This document shows, piece by piece, positions 1 through 12,280 of a DNA stretch of 64,000 bases. Below the pieces are notes generated by a model, which saw only the letters and a list, made by a program, of their open reading frames with translations, did not search any database and was not told the DNA's origin. The position numbers and the translations under genes were made by a program. Numbering within the stretch: position 1 is the first letter of the stretch; every line of letters starts with the position of its first letter. Source of the stretch: Fimicolochytrium jonesii (Eukaryota); NCBI RefSeq assembly GCF_025526975.1, contig NW_026515685.1:372001-436000 (forward strand), written 5' to 3'.

Positions 1-1306
1 TGGAAAGCATCCGTCCCTCCGATGCTCGCTCCGACACCTTCTCCTCGATTTCGTTTATCCTTTTTGCGATTCTGGATCTTTTCCATGCGCTTATTCCTTT
101 TCATCCAGGTGGCGTAGAAGTACTCAAGGTCATGGTCTCCCGAAACGCTGTAACCTGGCGTCGCGTTAGGTCCATCTCGTTCAACCTCGTCGCCGCGACG
201 GTGAGAGCCTGTTGGAAGCCCAGTCATGTTCTCAATGGTCGATCGCAATACATTGACAGTGGTGGATACGGCCGCGACCGCTTGGGCAGGCGCCGGCACC
301 CTCACGTAGAGCGCATCAATTCGCTCTATAGTCTTGCGATCAAACACCTGCGTCGGCTTGAGGCCCTGGGACTTCTGAAAATGCTTAATCTGCCTTCCCA
401 ACTCGTTGCTGACCTCGTTGCCCGGTTTCACCGCGTGTCCCAGCACTGCAAGCTTGTGCTTGAGCCTTTCCACCACCCGCAGCGCCGCTGTGATCAGCAT
501 CGGGTCTGTCCAACTTCCCTGTCCAATGTCGACGTCATTGAACGGACCAAACTCGTTGTAGAAACGCTTGAAAGCGGCCTGCGTGGTATCGCATATAAGT
601 CCGTCCTCAAACGGCTTCTCCAGCAATGATAACATTACGAGCGCTTCGTGCGCGACATGTCCTAACGAGAGAACGCAGGGGCCGATAGCTTGATCTTCCG
701 ATGGAGCGATACCGGTCACACGATAGAACTTATCGGAGACAGCCTGTGAGGGCGGCCGGTATGACAAAAGTGATCTTTCCCCACAGCCAAAGCGACGCAA
801 ATTGATGTTCACGAAGAGTTCCGGAAGGTGGGTATCGTAGTCACCCTCAGGGACCAAGATGCAGGTACTATCAACGAAGACGGTTTCCTGTCAGAATGAA
901 AGCCTCTAGCTTGCGTTCCCGTTCCCTAACTCGCGACAATGGCTCACCTAGAAGCTTTGCTGAACCATTCCGGATTCCCAGTCATGATAACCCCCTGCGG
1001 CGTCTCCCTCATCTTCAACCCATCCTGCTCGAATTGCGCAAACGCCTTCTGTATCGAGTCCTCATAATCTACGCTCTGAAGATCCGCACGGAACTCGACG
1101 ACTGTTACGCGTGCGACGTGATCGTTTCGGCCGGTGAACACCGCAAACGTCTTGAATACCCGCGACCGGTTGACCACCCACTCGACATTCGTGTATATTT
1201 GGAACCCTGGGAGGAGGAGATCGGCCGTGACAAGGGATAGCTGGTTGGCAGCGGCCGTGCGCTTCTGCGCCGTTGTGCGCTCGGCTGAGATGAAGAAGCG
1301 AGACAT
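1..1306 (-). CDS. STB6/STB2-like (Sin3-binding family) protein; spliced, runs off the window start
   Basis: Exon 1 ends ...ETPQGVIMTGNPEWFSKASR at a GTGAG donor (~950). The next exon reads CILVPEGDYDTHLPELFVNINLRRFGCGERSLLSYRPPSQAVSDKFY, resembling the STB6 block (PDGD..FxVNxNLKRxGC.GRS..P..A..KF). Confidence 0.7.
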
Positions 1307-1797
1307 GCGGGCGCTAGTTTTCAGAAGGGTGGTTGCCCCGTTCTCAGGACCCGCTGTACGGTTCTGCTGGCATGCTCAAGAGCACGCGGCAACCTGGTAA
1401 AATGCCCTCGGCTAGCGGGCACCTGCACAATCTTTCAATAACCTCCAAGTCGCACTTCAGAGAAATAGTGCGCTCGTTGGTTCCCGCGATTGTCGGACGT
1501 CCTTTTCGTTGCTGCTGCCGGCAGTCTTGGGGTTTGTTGAAGCAATATTGCCACTGTATGCCGTTTCCCACGTTGCGCCTGAGCGTGTTCTCATGCAAAC
1601 CGTCACGCGTCAAACGTGCTGCCGCCGTAGCCCAAAGAAACACTCACTGTCATATTCGTTGAATTGCTATTATCTAATTCGCGCTGCCTTCATCCACACT
1701 ACCTGGATCCTCCCCACATGGTTCCTACCTAGCTGAGACTACCACTATATTGCCTAACCCTAGGTTTTTCCTATCTGCCACCCGCATTTCCATCCAC

Positions 1798-3835
1798 TTA
1801 GACGGCCGCAACCGCGGATGCCTCCCGTTCCAGCCCGGCATGCTCGAGGCCACCAGCGCGACTGCCAGAACGTGAAATGGAAGGAAGAGGTGGGGCAGAA
1901 CCGGTAGGCACACCTCCTTCCAGCAATGATTTATCAGTGTCCGCAACAGGTACTTTCGGCGTCTGCGATCTCTTCACCGACTTGGTCGACGCGGCACGCG
2001 ACAACGAAGCTTGCGGCGCAGGTGCGTCTTCACGAGGAGTAGGCGACGCAGCTTTCGGTGGTGTCGCAGTCGCATGCGCACGCTGGTGGTGTTTTGCTGT
2101 CTTCTCATGTGCCGCGATCACGGGCGCAGTCCAGTCCCGCTCCAACTGCAACTGCCTTTCCGGGCCCAGCCAATTGAACAGCATTACATCCGGGTTGGCC
2201 GGTTGAGCCAAGGCGGCTTGGAAGGGCGCCTTACTATTATCTTTCTGCTGTTGCTCTTTGTGTTCCAAATCGGTCCCTTCCCTTCCCATCTCTTCGTCAC
2301 TTCGGTGGGCGTGGTCATGGTGCTCGTCTAGGAGGTACTGCACCCTCTCGCGATGGTGCCGGTGGATGTCGCGTTCGCGCTGCTCGCGACGCTCGCCGGC
2401 TGCCTGCGACCGCGTGCCCCATTGTTCGTCCTCTTCGATGAACTGCTGGGGGTATTGGGCGATGTTGCGCAGGTATGAGAGGTTTTGGACGCGCGATTGG
2501 AGTTGGTCGATGTGGTCGTAGTAGGGTTTGCGCGTCTCGATGCGGTGGAGAATGGCCTATTGGAGTTCATTCGTCAGGGACGGATTTTGAGCGAGTAAAT
2601 CAGCTTCGAGTCTTACTAGGTTATCCTCGTCAATCTTTCCAAATATGCGCATGCGTCTGCCCTCGTTGAGACTGTGTGCATAGTATAGAGGGTGGTGCTG
2701 ATCATACTGTCCGTACAAATGACTCTTTGTCGACTTCATGATTGCAGTCATCTTCTGCACCAGTATAGCGTTGTCCCTGTCAATCTGCGCCTGTCGATCT
2801 AGATATCGCAGTGAAACCATATTCGCATCAGTACCCGACACACACACAACGGGTTGCGAAAAATGCCCACCAACCCATGGCCAGCTGCAACGTCTTCTTG
2901 CGATTCTCCAAATGTGAATACTTTTTCGGTGCCGACGTGTCAATAAAGCTCTTAACACCCGCCAACTTCTTCGCATGGAACTCCCTATCAATCTCATCCC
3001 ACTTCACCGCCATAATCTTATTCGTTGTCGGGTGCAGGTTATGAAAGTGGCGATGCGCGTAGGGATCTCCACCTGCAGTAGCCGCACGAGCTTGACGACG
3101 GTGCTGTCGTTGCTGCTGTTCCTGCTTCTTGGCTTGATCGTCAGCTTCTTTGGCGGCGGCGTCGGACGCGTCGAGGTTGGCCTTTTCCTTGTCGTAGTGC
3201 GCTTCGGCGGCGTCGAGGGCGGCCATCTTTTCTTCGTGTGTTTGAGTTTCGGTGGGTGCTTCTTTCTTTTTGTTGTGCTTTTTCTTGGAGGTCTTTGAGG
3301 CGTCCGCCTTGTGCGCTGCTGGGGCTGCGTTGGCCCTGTCTTGAGATGTTGCCGCGTCGCTGCCAGTGCCGGCGGTGCTCGCTCCGTCCTTTCCAGTCGC
3401 ATTAGATGCGTTTGCCCCACCATGCTTGTCCTTCTCCTGCCCACCAGCCTCCTTTTTCTGATCAGCATGGTGCGCACCCGCCTTCTTGCCATGCTGCTCC
3501 TTCCCACTCTTCTCCTCACCCTTCCCCTTCCCCTTCTTAACAACCGTCACCTTAGTCGTCACAGTCGTCTTGATTGTCGTCCCACCTTTGGTCTCCTCGC
3601 TCGTTTCTTTCAAATCCACCGTCGCACTCTCGTCTTCCTCAGTTACGGCCGCCGGCGGGGTTTGCTGCGGTTTGGGCGGAACGTGGATGTCCAGCGCAGT
3701 TTCCCATAGCATGTTTTCAATGCCTTTGTTGGGCGTGCTCGGAGCCATGGGAGGTGCGGCTTCGGGTGAAGGCACTGTGGGGACTTCGACGGCGGCCGGC
3801 GTTGCCTCGGGCGGGTTGGGTACTGTATCAGACAT
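1798..3835 (-). CDS. CFAP97/Hemingway (KIAA1430) domain cilia/flagella-associated protein with a long low-complexity N-terminus; 3 exons
   Basis: Spliced product: NKIMAVKWDEIDREFHAKKLAGVKSFIDTSAPKKYSHL...DRQAQIDRDNAILVQKMTAIM...HSLNEGRR...IDEDN..ILHRIETRKPYY. Introns lie at about 2875-2803 and 2615-2560 and join ORFs 2828-3835, 2557-2997 and 1798-2343. Confidence 0.75.
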
Positions 3836-4522
3836 GGCCTAGAAGATCTATGCTGATGACGAGGGCTCTAATGTGTTCTGTGCTTTTGAGAGAGCTACTT
3901 GCTCCGGTCTCGAAGAATCTATCTATTCCTAAACGACAAGTTTCTTGTCGAGGCTCTCGGAAATCTCTCAGGCTCTCGGTCTGAGAGTGTATGTCTTGTT
4001 CTGTCGGTGTCCAAAACTTGACGCAGGAAACGAAAACTAGCTAAAACCTGGAGGAAGAAGAAAAATCAGACAACCGAAAACTCAGCAATGCATAAATGCG
4101 ACGAACTTGACATATGATGAACGCCATAAAATGAGGCGCCGCGGATTGCATGCAGCAAAAGCGCTTGTTGCGATGCTTTATCTGCGCCCAAGAACTTTTT
4201 TAGGCGAAATCTCCGGCGTTAAGCTTAATCCCCTCCCCTTGAAAGCCTCGCTTCGTTTTGGGTCAACCGTGTTTTCGGTTGAGTGTTGACCCAATTGACG
4301 CGGGCATATTTCCGATATTCACAGAGACACCGAGAGTCCATTAACGACCCACTTCAAAGTCCGTAACATGTCAGCTAGGACGCCATACTGTTTGGTCCAA
4401 TTGACAAGAAAGTCTCCGCTCATGAGCGTATTTCGACAGCGCGCTTTTGACTCACCAACTTCTGAACATCATGTCTTGAAAAGCCTCGTCTCTCGCCAAC
4501 TCCGAGCACAGCAGCAATCACA

Positions 4523-6052
4523 ATGCCACTCCCACACCCAACCCGGACCGTACCGTCAAAGCCCCAGAACACCCTTCTAGCAGAAAGCGATGACGACGAT
4601 ACTACGGGAAGCGAAACAGACGGGGATGCTGAACACGTCCCTACCCTCCACGCGATGAACGGAAGGGCAGCGTTCGGAACAAGCACAGGAGACGGACACC
4701 GAAGTAGCGGGGAGCAGTTGGAAAAACTTATAGCCAAGATGCCGCAGTTTGCAGAGAAGTGGAAATCGACCCCCATGATAATCGATCTCGAGTCTGATGA
4801 GTGGGTGGCGGTTACGGATAGTCCGATTGCGAGGAGAAGGATGGGCACATCGAGTATTGTTGATTTGGAGGCGCCGGAGTGGACGGGTGGGACTCCACGG
4901 AAGCGTGCCGGCGTGGTGAAGTTGGAAGTGAAGAGGGAGGGTGCGCGGGACGGGGTGGCTGGGAAATTGAGCTCACAGGGGGAGTCGTCGATGCCACCGG
5001 CGAAGGGTGCAGAGGAACAGACTGGACAGATGAAGGGTTTGGCGTCAGGGCCTCCAACTGAGGAAAATCAGCACCGAGTATCACCTGTACCATCGCCGTC
5101 GGACGATCGTATGGATCCCAACGACTACACGCCTACCAGTTGGAGTGATAAAAACCGTTACAACCCAGGTTGCGGGACTCTGAACGGGTTCCTAGCCCGA
5201 TTTCCAGCAAGCGAGTTTGTCGGTGACTGGCTGTGGGTCGAACACGATTCACGGGGAAACAGGCCTACACCCGATATGGATAGATTCTTTGGCACCCTGA
5301 AAGCCTCAGTATCTCAGTACGTCGACCTCTACCGAAAACTAGGCAAACCCGACGCGCCAACGCTCGAAAACGGGAAACGGATCACCAAGAAATCCGTCGG
5401 CGAGCAATGCGCCAAAGCCGTGCGCGACCTCGCCATCTCGTGCAACCACCTCTGCGGAAAATGGATGCTCTTCGTCCCGCAATCGCGTATCGACGACGTA
5501 TGGAAACGCATTGCCCACGCGGTGGTGCAGGGCAGACTCGGCCCGATCGCCAAAGTCGGCGCGCCCAACGAGAACGGGGCTAACAACATCCTGATCTGCG
5601 TGTACGTCCACTCGTTTGCGGATCTGCAGGATGTTGAGCGGGTGTTGCGTGAATTGCAGGATATGAAGCTGGCGGCGAGATACGATAAGGATTGGCAGGA
5701 GGGGAGGATGAGGGTGCATTTCAAGCCGGATTGTTATACCGAGGCGGGGATCTATAGCAAGCCGGGCAGTGAGGAGTTTATGCCGCATATGAACATCGAT
5801 CCTGTTTTATACCGCGTGGCGGATTTCGAGGACACCAGCGGCCAGTCCAAAGTGAACGACTACTTCAAGCCCGCCGAACCGGGGAGTTGGAGCGGAGGTA
5901 TCAAGGCGGAGTCACAACCCAGCAAGAAGAAAGCGGATCCGCAACCCAGTAAGAGAAAGAGCGGAGACGGTGAGGAGAAAACGCCCAAGGCAAGGAAGAA
6001 ACCCGCTGCTGCTCAAGGGCCGCCTAATTTGTCTTCGCACTGGGATTTCTGA
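4523..6052 (+). CDS. DUF1917 / UPF0696 (C11orf68/Bles03-like, eIF4E-like fold) protein
   Basis: 509-aa ORF with GKWMLF...DDVWKRIAHAV.QGRLG..AKV...ICVYVHSFADLQDVERVL...FKPDCYT.AGIYS. Confidence 0.8.
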   Translation: MPLPHPTRTVPSKPQNTLLAESDDDDTTGSETDGDAEHVPTLHAMNGRAAFGTSTGDGHRSSGEQLEKLIAKMPQFAEKWKSTPMIIDLESDEWVAVTDSPIARRRMGTSSIVDLEAPEWTGGTPRKRAGVVKLEVKREGARDGVAGKLSSQGESSMPPAKGAEEQTGQMKGLASGPPTEENQHRVSPVPSPSDDRMDPNDYTPTSWSDKNRYNPGCGTLNGFLARFPASEFVGDWLWVEHDSRGNRPTPDMDRFFGTLKASVSQYVDLYRKLGKPDAPTLENGKRITKKSVGEQCAKAVRDLAISCNHLCGKWMLFVPQSRIDDVWKRIAHAVVQGRLGPIAKVGAPNENGANNILICVYVHSFADLQDVERVLRELQDMKLAARYDKDWQEGRMRVHFKPDCYTEAGIYSKPGSEEFMPHMNIDPVLYRVADFEDTSGQSKVNDYFKPAEPGSWSGGIKAESQPSKKKADPQPSKRKSGDGEEKTPKARKKPAAAQGPPNLSSHWDF

Positions 6053-7155
6053 GCTTGTCATCAGTGTACGTACCAGCATCACAAATCATCTGTACGCGTA
6101 TAGAGTAGGGAGTCTTGTTTTCAGACGTGTTTCTTGACACGCCGTATGTGCGACTTGCAATGTATATATCCCAGCATAGATAAGAACTTATATGGCATCT
6201 CACCCAATGCTGATTGCATACATCCAGCAACACCATTCTCTGGAATTCCAATATCAATCATCGGCAATCACCGTTCTCGAGCGGAAATATCAATACCACA
6301 CCACTGATCAAACAGGCAACCAGCGGGGCAGTCGAATTCACAGCCACGGAACGGTGCAGCGGGAGCTCAGAAGCAAAACCCGGAGCTTCGAAAGACAGAG
6401 GACGGGCAGAGGACGGTTTTACCTCATCTTGCCGCCGGCGGGATGTCAGAGAAACGTGGCTTGTGCTCCAAAACCGGGCTTCCTCGATGCTTTTTGAGGT
6501 TGCTGGCACTCAGATGTTGTTGCCGATGCTGGTCCGACACCGCACACCGCAAAATCGGCAGTCTCGTGATGAGCACAGCCCTCCTGCATACCTTGCAACT
6601 TCGCTCCGTTGGACCCTCGGTTTCCGCATTTTCATCCACGGCAACCTGAACAAAGTTCAGAGAAGCCTCCCAACATGCGGCCGATTTGAGAGTCAAATTT
6701 TTGGAATTGTGGAATTTTCTGATGTTTGGCGTTTGTGGCGCGCGCGGGCTGCTGCGCTTTCCGCAGGGTTCTCGTCAACTCGTTACTCCATTCGCCGGCG
6801 CGTTTTCGCGTGCGCGTTCGCTGAGCCTCACTTTGCATGTGTGCATGTGCAGGAAGGTCGCCGCACACGGAGGCCGTCGTGGACAACTGCGTCCTCCGGG
6901 GACGGCAGGCCGCAATCACACAGGCAGATGTGAAGAAAATCTTACGCTGATCCTCAATTCAAAGTTTTCCAGGACCAGGCGAGAAACCGCTCCCGCGTAC
7001 ATGTGTGCAGTTCGCACATTTGTGCATTTGTATAAAAGTCAGGGTTGCACCGTCCATTTCTCTCACAGTATCAACGCACCCACCAACGACCAGCTCTTCT
7101 GCCTGCAGCACACCTCCCATTTCTTCTCAGAAACCCCCGTATAACACAATCCAAA

Positions 7156-8220
7156 ATGCTTCGCCCAATCACCATCGCAACAGCCGTCGCTGCTGTCCTC
7201 ATCTCTACGGCTTCTGCCGCCCCATACCAGAACTACCCACAGGGTAACTCTGTGAACTCCTACAACCAGGGGTACGACCGTTACGGAAACGGAGAACAAT
7301 ATAAGAGCGAACGGTACGGCAACGGAGAGCAGTACAAGAATGAGCGTTACGGGAATGGACAACAATACAAGGGAGAGACGGAAAAGTACGGAAACAAGGA
7401 CGATTACTCCCGCCCGCAAGGCTACGACGACTCCTCCATCTCCAGCTGGGTCAAGAACAAATGGAACCAGTACCGCGGCAACGACCACAACGACGATTAC
7501 TACAAGCAGCAGCAAAAGTCTGGCGAGGACAACTACCAGAACTACAACAACTACCACTCCCAGAACTACCAGCAGCAGCAGCAGCAAAAGTCCGGCGGCC
7601 AGCGCTACTACTATGGCCGTCCCGCCGCCGCCTACTCGCCGCCTGAGCCCTACCACGAGCAACAGCAGCAGTACTCCAACAACAAGAACGACTACCAGCA
7701 AGAGCAATACAAGTCCGAATCAGACGTCGACGTCTACCAAGCCATCCTCTGTGGCGAGAAGGAGGTGCCGACAGTAATCAAGAACGAGCCCGGCTTCGGC
7801 TACGCCAACCTCGAAGTCAACCGCAAGACGCACACCGCAAAGCTGATCGTCTCGCACTTCATGACCGCCCCCGTCATCAAGCTGCACATCCACGGGCCTG
7901 CCGACACCCGTTCCAACAGCTCGGTGCTCTTCAACATCCTCCCTTCCAAGGACCCCAAATTCGCGACTGAGGAGAACCCGCTCCGTAACCCGGAAACGAT
8001 CAAGCTGACTGAGGAACAGTACGGATTCCTTGCCTCTGGTCTGATGTACATCAATGTGCACACCACCCGCTTCCCCGACGGCGCACTCCGTGGGAACCTG
8101 CTCTGCTCGTCGAAGGACTGCTACAAGCCCAACGGCGTACACGAGGTCGCTCGGTTCTTTGACGACGAAATCTGCAACAACTCCATCTTTAACGGCGGTC
8201 AGTCGTCTTCTTACTACTGA
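7156..8220 (+). CDS. Secreted protein with a Q/N/Y-rich repetitive region and a C-terminal CHRD domain
   Basis: Signal peptide MLRPITIATAVAAVLISTASA; RYGNGEQYK repeats; CHRD motifs GFG.A...HIHGPA...LASGLMYINVHTTRFPDGALRGNL. TATAAAA at 7031. Confidence 0.8.
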   Translation: MLRPITIATAVAAVLISTASAAPYQNYPQGNSVNSYNQGYDRYGNGEQYKSERYGNGEQYKNERYGNGQQYKGETEKYGNKDDYSRPQGYDDSSISSWVKNKWNQYRGNDHNDDYYKQQQKSGEDNYQNYNNYHSQNYQQQQQQKSGGQRYYYGRPAAAYSPPEPYHEQQQQYSNNKNDYQQEQYKSESDVDVYQAILCGEKEVPTVIKNEPGFGYANLEVNRKTHTAKLIVSHFMTAPVIKLHIHGPADTRSNSSVLFNILPSKDPKFATEENPLRNPETIKLTEEQYGFLASGLMYINVHTTRFPDGALRGNLLCSSKDCYKPNGVHEVARFFDDEICNNSIFNGGQSSSYY

Positions 8221-8688
8221 GGGTCGATGGGGTTGGGATAGATATCGTAGACATTGTTGAAACCATTTTGAGAATACATACAATTGTTGTACATACTTTT
8301 GGACAAACCCGGCATTGCGCTGGGAACTGTAACTGTCCGCATATTTATTACTCAATACTATTGGTTATACTGCCCTAGTTAAGACATTGGACATTGATCA
8401 ATGTGGCTGGAACCGTGCCAAATTGCCATCCGGAAACATCGCTACAACTTGGAGTGTCCGAGGTATGGCAGATGAACTCGTTCATCCAGCGACCGTTGCG
8501 ATTTTCCATCAATGCTCGCCGCACGGCTCCGGTACCGTCGGTTTGACAGAGCCTATAGATGGATCGGTAGATAACAGTATATCACATCTGGCCATCCGCG
8601 TATAAAATGCTTTCCCGAATCCCGACTTCCTATCGGCATCGATATCCAACTTGCGGCACGCGTTTCTCCGCCTCGCCCGTATACTGTA

Positions 8689-8812
8689 CAGTATGTGAAC
8701 ATAAAGCTGGATACACGCGTCCGAGCTTGGCCAGCCCCTTGCCCCAGCCGCCGCAGTTGCGCACGGACACTGACTCAATCACTGGTGTATCTAGGTTTAT
8801 GTTCACATACTG
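8689..8812. mobile_element. Small MITE-like element (Tc1/mariner type): TA|CAGTATGTGAAC...GTTCACATACTG|TA
   Basis: Inverted repeats 8687-8716 and 8785-8814 match at 28/30 (counting the flanking TA), with CAGT termini and TA on both sides. Confidence 0.7.
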
Positions 8813-9556
8813 TATGTACACGGTACACAGTACTGTACCATCGCATGCACATTGCACGTGAGTAAGAGCGGTCCACTGCGTACGAAAACCCCGAGTATCG
8901 TACTGATACCTCGCCACGGAAATTCTGGAGTGACGAGCCGGTGACAACGACTTGTACACTTTATATGAGACATATATATTTATCCCACTCTCCGCGAAAA
9001 TCTGTTGTCGATTATGTGTGAGACCTCCGCTGACGTGACGAGCACTGGCAAAAAGGTCCCTAGGCTCACGCGACGCGCCCAGTCACCCATGTGGTTCCGG
9101 CTATTCCCGACCTCCACCTTCAGAATTCAGCCCAGGGCTTTGCTCGCATATGCATCCCAGGGGGGTGGAGAGGGCTTTGACAGCTATTGCGTCAAGTGCA
9201 GTCCTAAGGGGGTCACCATCTGGCCCCGGGATACAGCGTCCGCTTTTGTTTTTCCTACAACGGAGATCCGGGGAAGGAGCCTGGCGGTGTAAATGTGAAG
9301 GAAAGGACACCTTCGGCGTGATACCGCCCTTCTGATCATGTGCAATTGCCTAAAGAGGATAGGCATTTTCCCCTCGTAAGGCGTTGGAAGAAAATACCTG
9401 GAAGTTTCCGCGAGTAGAACTGTCGGCGTATATATATAGCAGAGGATAGCGTAGAGGATCTCCCTTTGACGCATTGGTTAGCGCTCTTCTCGCATCACCT
9501 CTTCGTTCGATCGAAGCACGCACGCATCAACCCACACACCCACATATCACATCACG

Positions 9557-10135
9557 ATGCCTCTCCTCCGCAAACCCCAATCGCGGGCCTCCATCTCTCC
9601 CGCCTTCCACAAAAGTGCCAAAGTCGGCCTCCCCCTCTCCCACCGCGCTGCGCAACACCACTCCCAAGTCGTCGAACGCTTCTTCTTCTCCGACATCACC
9701 ACCGCCACCTCCGACTCGCTCACCACCATCACCGGCCAGGTCCACCTGCACCTCCGCACCTTCCTCGTCGCCGACATCATTCAGATCACGTTATCCGAGG
9801 ACGACACCCTTCTCGCCAAGACGACGGTGTGGACGCCGCCCGAGTGGCCAAAACGGCACCTGATTGACCCGGATAGGTGTCGTTGCATGTCGTTTGAGTT
9901 GACGCTGCATGGGGTTACGAGAGAGATGTTGGCGATGCGGGGTGGGCCGGTGATTACGACGCTGAGGGCGGTTATTGAGCGGTCCGAGCACACGTCGGGG
10001 AAGGTGGTGGTGGAGCAGGAGCTGCTGTTGCAGGAGGAGGAGCCGTTGCCGCCATATAGTTTACTGGCTTGCGATACACTGGAGACATGCGAGACATGCA
10101 CATGTGCAGATTCAGATTCGAGGTACGCCTTATGA
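9557..10135 (+). CDS. Hypothetical protein (192 aa)
   Basis: Clean ATG-started ORF with gene-like codon use and a PPY motif near the C-terminus; no family recognised. Confidence 0.5.
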   Translation: MPLLRKPQSRASISPAFHKSAKVGLPLSHRAAQHHSQVVERFFFSDITTATSDSLTTITGQVHLHLRTFLVADIIQITLSEDDTLLAKTTVWTPPEWPKRHLIDPDRCRCMSFELTLHGVTREMLAMRGGPVITTLRAVIERSEHTSGKVVVEQELLLQEEEPLPPYSLLACDTLETCETCTCADSDSRYAL

Positions 10136-10757
10136 GGCGCAATATATATACATATTAGCATCAGACATTTCTTGAGAAAAATGTTGGAAACTTTGGGTGG
10201 AAAAAACGACCTGATCATGATACCGCCGGTAACATATCACAGTTCTTCCAGATGGAATGATTGGCTGCGCGCTGTAAATAATCACTCGGACAGGTGGCGT
10301 GCTCACATAATCATTTCTCATCATTGTTCAATTGGTCGCGCGTGCAAGCCGTCGTCCTTTCGCGTTGGACCAATTTCGACGCTCACGCCCACAAGCAAAA
10401 ATTTCAAGTTTCTACCACAAAAAGTGTGCGCCGTAACTTAGTAACCGCCGCCATTCGACATTCCATACAGATGGGCCACTACTTGCCGAGAGATGGCTGG
10501 CCGTTCGCTGGAAGAGAGGGCCAACTTGACCAGATCGGCCCCACATGATGATGGTGGCGGGCTGCGGGATGATAGGGAAAGTCCAGATAACCTCATCGCA
10601 AAGGCACGAGCCATGTTGTAGGGGCGGGCGGATTTCTCTGAGGGAGCCCCGTCGAAAGTCATCATTGCGGAGCAGGTGGAATGCGACTCGATATAAAGAG
10701 TAAACGGGCGCCGAAGGAGAAAGTCCGTTCCCCTCTTGTCTGACCAACAATACCAAC

Positions 10758-12280
10758 ATGAAAGCTGGCAGCGTTCTGATTCTGGGCTTGACCCTCGTTG
10801 CGCCGTTCGGTGTTGCGGGTGCACCTAGGACCGAGCTTCCAAATCAAGCTGGACTCTTTGACCCTTGGCTCTGCAAATGGTTCCATGTTCGTTGCCCGCC
10901 CGCCGCCCCTGAGCCGCCAACTAGGCCGCCGACTCCTCCGCCCACCAGCACCCGCCGTCCAACTTCCACCTCCACCGCCAAACCACAAACGACATCAACC
11001 GGCCGCACAACCACCGCAACATCCCAACCCACCGCCGTCCCCGCCCCCGCCCCCGGTGACAACGACGGCGCCGACGACGGCTTCGACCCCACAACCGAGA
11101 TCCCCGCCCTGGCGCGCCTCGAAAAGCGCTGGGGAACATTCGAGCGCCGCTTCACCGCTCTCCCCTCCGAAGGCCTGTCCACCCAGATCCCATGGGCGTC
11201 AAGCTACTGGCCCTCATTCCTGGACGGCATCAACAATCGCTGGCAGGGTAGCCGCGTACCTTCCCCCGTCGAGAAGTATGCCACCGCTTACGGTCTCGAT
11301 GCGAGCAAGCTTGCCGCAGAGTACAGCAAGCAGCATGGGGTATTGATGAATGGACATATAAGTCACAAGTGTGTCTCGAGCTTTGGATGCCCGAGCGGAA
11401 GCAAATGTGTTGCTCCCAGTGGGGCTGGGGTTTTTGAACAGCGCTACTGCGTGCCGACTTGGGAGGGCATCTGTGACGGCTGGACCGCCGCTGCTGTGCT
11501 GTTGCCCGAGCCGAAGTGCTCCGTGCGGGCCCAGAACGGCGTTGTAAGTAGCCCATCTTCACCCTCAGGATGCACAATCATCCACTGCATACTCACCAAA
11601 CCTCCCTCCCCCAGATCTTCAACCCCGGCGACCTGAAAGCCCTCATGAGCGGCTTCTTCGCCGCCGACCGCGGCAAATACACCTACGACATTGGCATGTC
11701 CGCCCGCTGCCGCACGGACACACCCCGCAAAGACCCCAGCGGGTACTACACCGACAATTCCTGCAACGACTCCTCCGCGGGCATGTTCCACCTCGTCATC
11801 ACCAACATGCTCGGTCGCTACAAGCGCGCGTTCGCATTCGACCAGGAAACTGAGGCGGAGGTGTGGAACCAGCCCGTGTATGGATTCAAGATGCAGGGCG
11901 CGGCGGAGATTACCCGGGCGTATGCTCAGCAGATCCTTGGGGCCGATTTCAAGCTTGGTCCCCACGCTGCGAAATTCATCCACGTTGCGAGCGACCTCGA
12001 CTGGGTGTCGGAAGCCACGGACTCGCAGCTGGATCTCAACTATGAGGACAACGCCCGCCAGCTCAAGTCTGTGCTCCGGACCACCCGTTACGAGTACATC
12101 CTTGTCTTGAACGCGGATGGGATCATTGTCGGCGGCGAGTGGGTTGGCAAGTCCAAGAATAACCAGCCGGATTTCATGTGGTTCCCGTACGGCACTGACA
12201 AGACGGCCGTTGTGTACGGCGGAATCGCGTATGCGGAGCTGGACAAACTTTGGCAGAAGTCGGCTACCTGCAGTAGATAG
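10758..12280 (+). CDS. Secreted transglutaminase elicitor-like protein (oomycete GP42 / TGase_elicitor family); intron 11544-11614
   Basis: Signal peptide, then a P/T-rich linker, then PWASSYWPSFLDGINNRW, SPVEKYATAYGLD, PTWEGICDGW, PEPKCSV, DLKAL, FHLVITNMLG, EVWNQPVYGF, YEYILVL...IVGGEW and QPDFMWFP. A GTAAGT..CAG intron joins the two ORFs in frame. Confidence 0.85.

Noticed and set aside
6214..6933. 239-aa ORF upstream of the CHRD gene
   Set aside because: No motif or coding-like composition; probably intergenic.
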